The notes beneath the pieces were generated by a model. The model saw only the letters and a program-made list of their open reading frames with translations, made no database searches and was not told the origin of the DNA. The position numbers and the translations under genes are program-made. From sequence record DRR723986_8621: a stretch of DNA of 45,940 nucleotides; one strand, given 5' to 3'. Below are positions 42,138-45,940 of this stretch, piece by piece (position 1 is the stretch's first letter; each line of letters starts with the position of its first letter).

Positions 42138-43173
42138 TAAATCACCGTCCCGCTATTTTTCGCTGGTGCAGCGGGAACTGCAGGAATACAAGAACTCCCT
42201 GTTCTGGACGCCGGTGGCGATTGCCATAGCGCTTACCGCTGTGATGCTGGTCAGCGTTGTGCTCGCCGGTCGGATCAGTGTCATGGGAGATGCGATCCTG
42301 CAGGTCCTGCTGTTAGAGGACACCGCCGGGGGTATGAATATTTCCATCCAGATCGATGAGGATGACCCCAGTGGTAACACCTACAGCTACACAATCGAGA
42401 CCGAGGAGTCCCTGGATGAAGAAGACTGGAACTTCTCCAGGGAGTGGAACTTCAACCCCACGACGAAGCCCAAGCTGGAGCAGGAGCTCGATGACCGGGT
42501 CGATACCCTCAACCCGATGCTGAACGTTCTGCACAGTATTCTCGTGTTGGTGTTGCTGTTCGTCACCGTCAACTACCTGCTGGGTACGCTTTACGATGAC
42601 CGCAAGGACCGCAGTTTCCTGTTCTGGCGCTCGCTGCCGGTGTCAGAGTGGGAGGAAGTTCTTTCCAAGCTGTCTGTCGCGCTGATTGTTGCGCCCACCG
42701 TGTTTATCGCCCTGAGTCTGCTGATGCAGCTGGCCTACATACTGCTGGCCATGCTGCTGGTGTGGCGCATGGACATGAACCCGCTGCAACTGGTGCTCGG
42801 CAACATCGAGTTCGGCAGGCTGCTGTTTGACCAGATATCCGGCTGGGTGCTGACAGCCCTGTGGGTCGCTCCGCTGTACGCCTGGCTGCTGCTGGCGTCC
42901 GCAGCAGCGCGTCGCTCACCTTTCATGTTCTCGGTAGCGCCGGTGATCGGTGTGATCCTGCTGGAGGAGTTCTTCCTGGGAACAGCCGTAGTGCGCACTG
43001 CCATCGCCAATCACATGCCGCACTACACGGACGGCGGAAGTTCGGTGGGTTTTTACTTTACCGGTGTCGACTGGGGCTCGGTCAACTATCTCAGGATCCT
43101 CTCCGGCCTGGTGTTCACCGCTCTGGCACTGTGGTGCACAGTGTTGCTGCGGCGCTATCGCTGGGAGATCTGA
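42130..43173 (+). CDS. ABC-2-type exporter permease
   Basis: About six TM segments; YDDRKDRSFLFWRSLPVS..E.VLSK motif; overlaps the ATPase gene. Confidence 0.85.
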   Translation: MADKSPSRYFSLVQRELQEYKNSLFWTPVAIAIALTAVMLVSVVLAGRISVMGDAILQVLLLEDTAGGMNISIQIDEDDPSGNTYSYTIETEESLDEEDWNFSREWNFNPTTKPKLEQELDDRVDTLNPMLNVLHSILVLVLLFVTVNYLLGTLYDDRKDRSFLFWRSLPVSEWEEVLSKLSVALIVAPTVFIALSLLMQLAYILLAMLLVWRMDMNPLQLVLGNIEFGRLLFDQISGWVLTALWVAPLYAWLLLASAAARRSPFMFSVAPVIGVILLEEFFLGTAVVRTAIANHMPHYTDGGSSVGFYFTGVDWGSVNYLRILSGLVFTALALWCTVLLRRYRWEI

Positions 43174-43194
43174 GACCTACATTCTGGAACAGAC

Positions 43195-43225
43195 CGGGGG
43201 CACCGTAAGGCGCCCCCGTTTTTTT
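43195..43225 (+). terminator. Intrinsic terminator after the ABC operon
   Basis: CGGGGGCACC-gtaa-GGCGCCCCCG followed by T7. Confidence 0.85.
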
Positions 43226-43237
43226 GTGCCGGAGGTG

Positions 43238-45226
43238 TTAAAAGTGCACCCCTTTCATCAGTGCCGCGAGTGCCACCTGCTCATTGGAAATCTGGGTAGG
43301 TTCACCCTGTTTTTCTCCGCGGGCTGCCGCTGAGTCGCCGAACATACGGAATACCACGTTCATCACTACCTCGGTGAACTTGGGTGCAACAGCGGTCATT
43401 ACCTGCAACCAGATACCCAGCGGGGTGGCAATACGCTTCGGCTTCTTGATGATCGCTTCAACAACCATGTCGGCGGCCTCGTCCGGTGTTAGTACCGGCA
43501 TGGAGCTGTACACCGTGGTTGCCTCGATCATGGGTGTCCTCACCAGTGGCATATTTATCGTGGTGAAGCGGACATTGCGGTCGGAGTATTCGACCGCGGC
43601 TGCCCGGGTCCATGCGTCCAGCGCAGACTTGGAAGCGACGTAGGCGGAGAACCTCGGGCTGGGAGTCAGGGTGCTGATCGACGATATGTTGATGATCTGC
43701 CCGGTCTTGTTTTGGCTCATGGACGGCAAAACCGCCATGGTCAGGCGAATCGCCCCGAAGTAGTTAATCTGCATAGTGCGTTCGAAATCGTGAAACCGAT
43801 CGTAAGAGAGCTCAATGGAACGGCGTATCGAGCGTCCTGCGTTGTTGATCAATACATCGACGAACCCCTGTTCCGCCAGGACTTTTTCCACCAGCCGGTC
43901 ACACTCGTCCATCCGCGATACGTCTGCCTGGTAGATGCTGGCTTTGCCGCCCAGTGCGGTGATGGCCGCTTCTGTTTCCTGCAACTTTTCAACGGTACGT
44001 GCAACGAGCAATACATGTGCACCTGCCTCTGCGAGCCTGATTGCCGCGGTCTTACCGATACCTGATGAGGCGCCGGTGATCAGTACCGTTTTGCCGCCGA
44101 TATTGCCCTCGAGCGAGTGATCTATGAACAGGTCCGGGTCCAGGTTCCGCTCCCAGTAGTCCCAGATTTTGGGCGCGTATTCACGCAGCCGTGGTGGTGA
44201 AATGCCAGAGCCCTTCAGCGCGCGTTCCGTATCTCGGTTGTCGTACTGGGTGGGGTAGTTCATAAACATCATGACCGAGTCCGGCATGCCCATGTCTGCG
44301 AGCATGGTGTGGACGATCCGCTTGATCTGGGGCAGGCCGGCGATAGTGTCCCGTACAACCCGGGGGATGAAGCCGAAAATGCGGGTATCAAGCCGCATGC
44401 TGAATCGGGGTGTATGGCCAGCCTCGGCGAAGATATTGATCAATTCGCCCATGCTGTAATGTTCCCGGTCGGTCAGGTGGAAACACTGCCCATCGTAGTT
44501 GGGCTGGTGGGCGATGTAGTCCATGGCATCGACCACATAATCCACCGGTACCACATTGAACTTGCCGCCCTCAATCCCTATCAGCGGTACCCAGGGGGGG
44601 AGTGCGCTGCGCAGCTTCTGTAAGGTCTTGAAGAAGTAATACACACCGTCAATCTTGTCGATAGCGCCGGTCTTTGAATCACCGACGACCATGGCGGGTC
44701 GGTAAATACGGAACGGGATCTCGCATTCCCGGCGCACGATTCCCTCGGATTCGTGTTTGGTGGCGAAATAGGGGTGTTCGTAGTTTTCGGCCTCTTCGAA
44801 CATGTCCTCGCGGAACGTGCCCTTGTACAAACCGCCTGCGGCGATGGAACTGACGTGCTGGAAGCAGTCGGCTTTGAGTTCCTTCGCCAGCTGTATCGCA
44901 TTTCGCGTGCCATCAATATTGGTAAGGGTTTGTGCCTCTTCCGATGCGCCAATGTCGTAGATCGCGGCGAAGTGGAAAAAGTGACCGATCTTACCCTTCA
45001 GGTCGCTGATTTTTTTCTTCTTCAGGCCCAGCAATGGGCTGCGCAGGTCACCAGTCACCGCGTGCAGCCTCTTGGCCAGCTCCGGGGCCAAACTGTCCCG
45101 CAGTTGCTCGAACTTGTGCTCCGAGCCTTCACGGGTCAGGACGTATATCTTGCCGTCGCGCTGCCCCAGACCTGCGATGAAATTGCGGCCGATGAACCCG
45201 GTCCCCCCGGTAATGAAATAATCCAT
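43238..45226 (-). CDS. Two-domain SDR oxidoreductase; probable alcohol-forming fatty acyl-CoA reductase (Marinobacter Maqu_2507-like)
   Basis: N-terminal extended SDR (YFITGGTGFIG, YFATK) fused to a classical SDR (ITGASSGIG, NNAGRSIRRS, DRFHDFERTMQINYFG, YVASK); 662 aa. Confidence 0.85.
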   Translation of the reverse strand: MDYFITGGTGFIGRNFIAGLGQRDGKIYVLTREGSEHKFEQLRDSLAPELAKRLHAVTGDLRSPLLGLKKKKISDLKGKIGHFFHFAAIYDIGASEEAQTLTNIDGTRNAIQLAKELKADCFQHVSSIAAGGLYKGTFREDMFEEAENYEHPYFATKHESEGIVRRECEIPFRIYRPAMVVGDSKTGAIDKIDGVYYFFKTLQKLRSALPPWVPLIGIEGGKFNVVPVDYVVDAMDYIAHQPNYDGQCFHLTDREHYSMGELINIFAEAGHTPRFSMRLDTRIFGFIPRVVRDTIAGLPQIKRIVHTMLADMGMPDSVMMFMNYPTQYDNRDTERALKGSGISPPRLREYAPKIWDYWERNLDPDLFIDHSLEGNIGGKTVLITGASSGIGKTAAIRLAEAGAHVLLVARTVEKLQETEAAITALGGKASIYQADVSRMDECDRLVEKVLAEQGFVDVLINNAGRSIRRSIELSYDRFHDFERTMQINYFGAIRLTMAVLPSMSQNKTGQIINISSISTLTPSPRFSAYVASKSALDAWTRAAAVEYSDRNVRFTTINMPLVRTPMIEATTVYSSMPVLTPDEAADMVVEAIIKKPKRIATPLGIWLQVMTAVAPKFTEVVMNVVFRMFGDSAAARGEKQGEPTQISNEQVALAALMKGVHF

Positions 45227-45416
45227 GCCTGTATCCCTGCGTTAGTCTTATGGTAGTTGCCTGCCAGGGGCTGGCATTGGCACTGGTTTGCGGCCCTCAG
45301 TTCCGCCCCCGGCATGAACTGAGTATAGATAAGATGCGCGATATCGTCCGCACAGCGCGGGGCTGGCCCACGGCCCGTGAAAGCCCGGATTAAAATTCGC
45401 CCGGTGAATACCAGAA

Positions 45417-45460
45417 ATACAAACTATTTATTTCATTTATAGTGGGCCCCTCCCTAAGAT
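45417..45460 (+). promoter_or_regulatory. Putative aceA promoter with an upstream AT-rich T-N11-A box
   Basis: TTCATT (45432-45437), 17 bp, TAAGAT (45455-45460). ATACAAACTATTTAT at 45417-45431. Confidence 0.4.
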
Positions 45461-45527
45461 ACGCCCCATCGACGCACCGGGTCGGCCCGGCGTCTCCCTG
45501 ATCAATCAAGTAAACCGAGGAATCACC

Positions 45528-45940
45528 ATGTCTTCTTATCAACAGGAAATTGGCGAGCTGGCCAAACTGCGTGACCAGTACGGTGACAGCTGGAGCGACA
45601 TCAACCCCGAGTATGCAGCGCGGATGAAGCTGCAGAACCGCTTCCGTACCGGTCTGGACATCGCCCGCTACACGGCGGACATCATGCGTAAGGATATGGC
45701 GGAGTACGACGCGGACACCAGCCAGTACACCCAGTCCCTCGGATGCTGGCATGGCTTCATTGGCCAGCAGAAGCTGATTGCGATCAAGAAGCACTTCGGT
45801 ACTACCAACAAGCGCTACCTCTACCTGTCAGGCTGGATGATCGCCGCGCTGCGCAGCGAGTTCGGCCCGCTGCCCGACCAGTCCATGCATGAAAAGACCA
45901 CGGTGCCCGGCCTGATCGAAGAACTGTACACCTTCCTGCG
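45528..45940 (+). CDS. aceA: Isocitrate lyase (Pseudomonas-type), 3'-truncated by the window edge; absent from the ORF track
   Basis: GAGG SD then ATG 45528. Translation: MSSYQQEI...INPEYAARMKLQNRFRTGLDIARYTA...YTQSLGCWHGFIGQQK...YLYLSGWMIAALRSEFGPLPDQSMHEKT. Confidence 0.93.
   Translation, partial: MSSYQQEIGELAKLRDQYGDSWSDINPEYAARMKLQNRFRTGLDIARYTADIMRKDMAEYDADTSQYTQSLGCWHGFIGQQKLIAIKKHFGTTNKRYLYLSGWMIAALRSEFGPLPDQSMHEKTTVPGLIEELYTFL

Noticed and set aside
45390-45794. 134-aa minus-strand ORF at the right end
   Set aside because: It is the antisense shadow of aceA, which runs off the window on the plus strand.
1-45940. tRNA, rRNA, riboswitch, CRISPR or anti-phage defence genes
   Set aside because: Intergenic gaps are short and none showed a cloverleaf, repeat-spacer array or riboswitch I could recognise. 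No nuclease, RT, TIR or CD-NTase motifs were seen. A covariance-model search would be needed to exclude small RNAs.

Overview
A GC-rich Gammaproteobacterial chromosome segment. Gene content and order resemble marine Halieaceae/OM60-NOR5 or Pseudomonas-like genomes (inference, not verified). Most of it is core backbone: lysS (partial), xseA, guaB-guaA, tadA, mltF, purL, secD-secF, suhB, trmJ-iscS, ndk-rlmN-pilW-rodZ-ispG-hisS-yfgM-bamB-der, and a partial aceA at the right end that the ORF track misses. Several accessory blocks are interspersed. (1) 783-5503 is a signalling locus: a translationally coupled operon encoding a DHp-like/REC/class III cyclase, a DivK-like receiver and a HAMP histidine kinase, divergent from a CRP-family regulator and convergent with a lipoprotein. 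The cyclase carries guanylyl-type (Cya2-like) specificity residues, so this is a candidate phosphorelay-controlled cGMP-CRP system and the best lead in the window. (2) Three catabolic genes lie between guaA and tadA. (3) An uncharacterised secreted, very acidic beta-helix-like protein sits behind a four-repeat Pho-box-like promoter. (4) A truncated haemoglobin, an M20 amidohydrolase, a YtrA-type GntR/ABC operon with a clear operator, and a two-domain fatty acyl-CoA reductase follow der. No rRNA, tRNA, CRISPR array, integrase or transposase was recognised. All family assignments come from motif recognition; no database searches were run.
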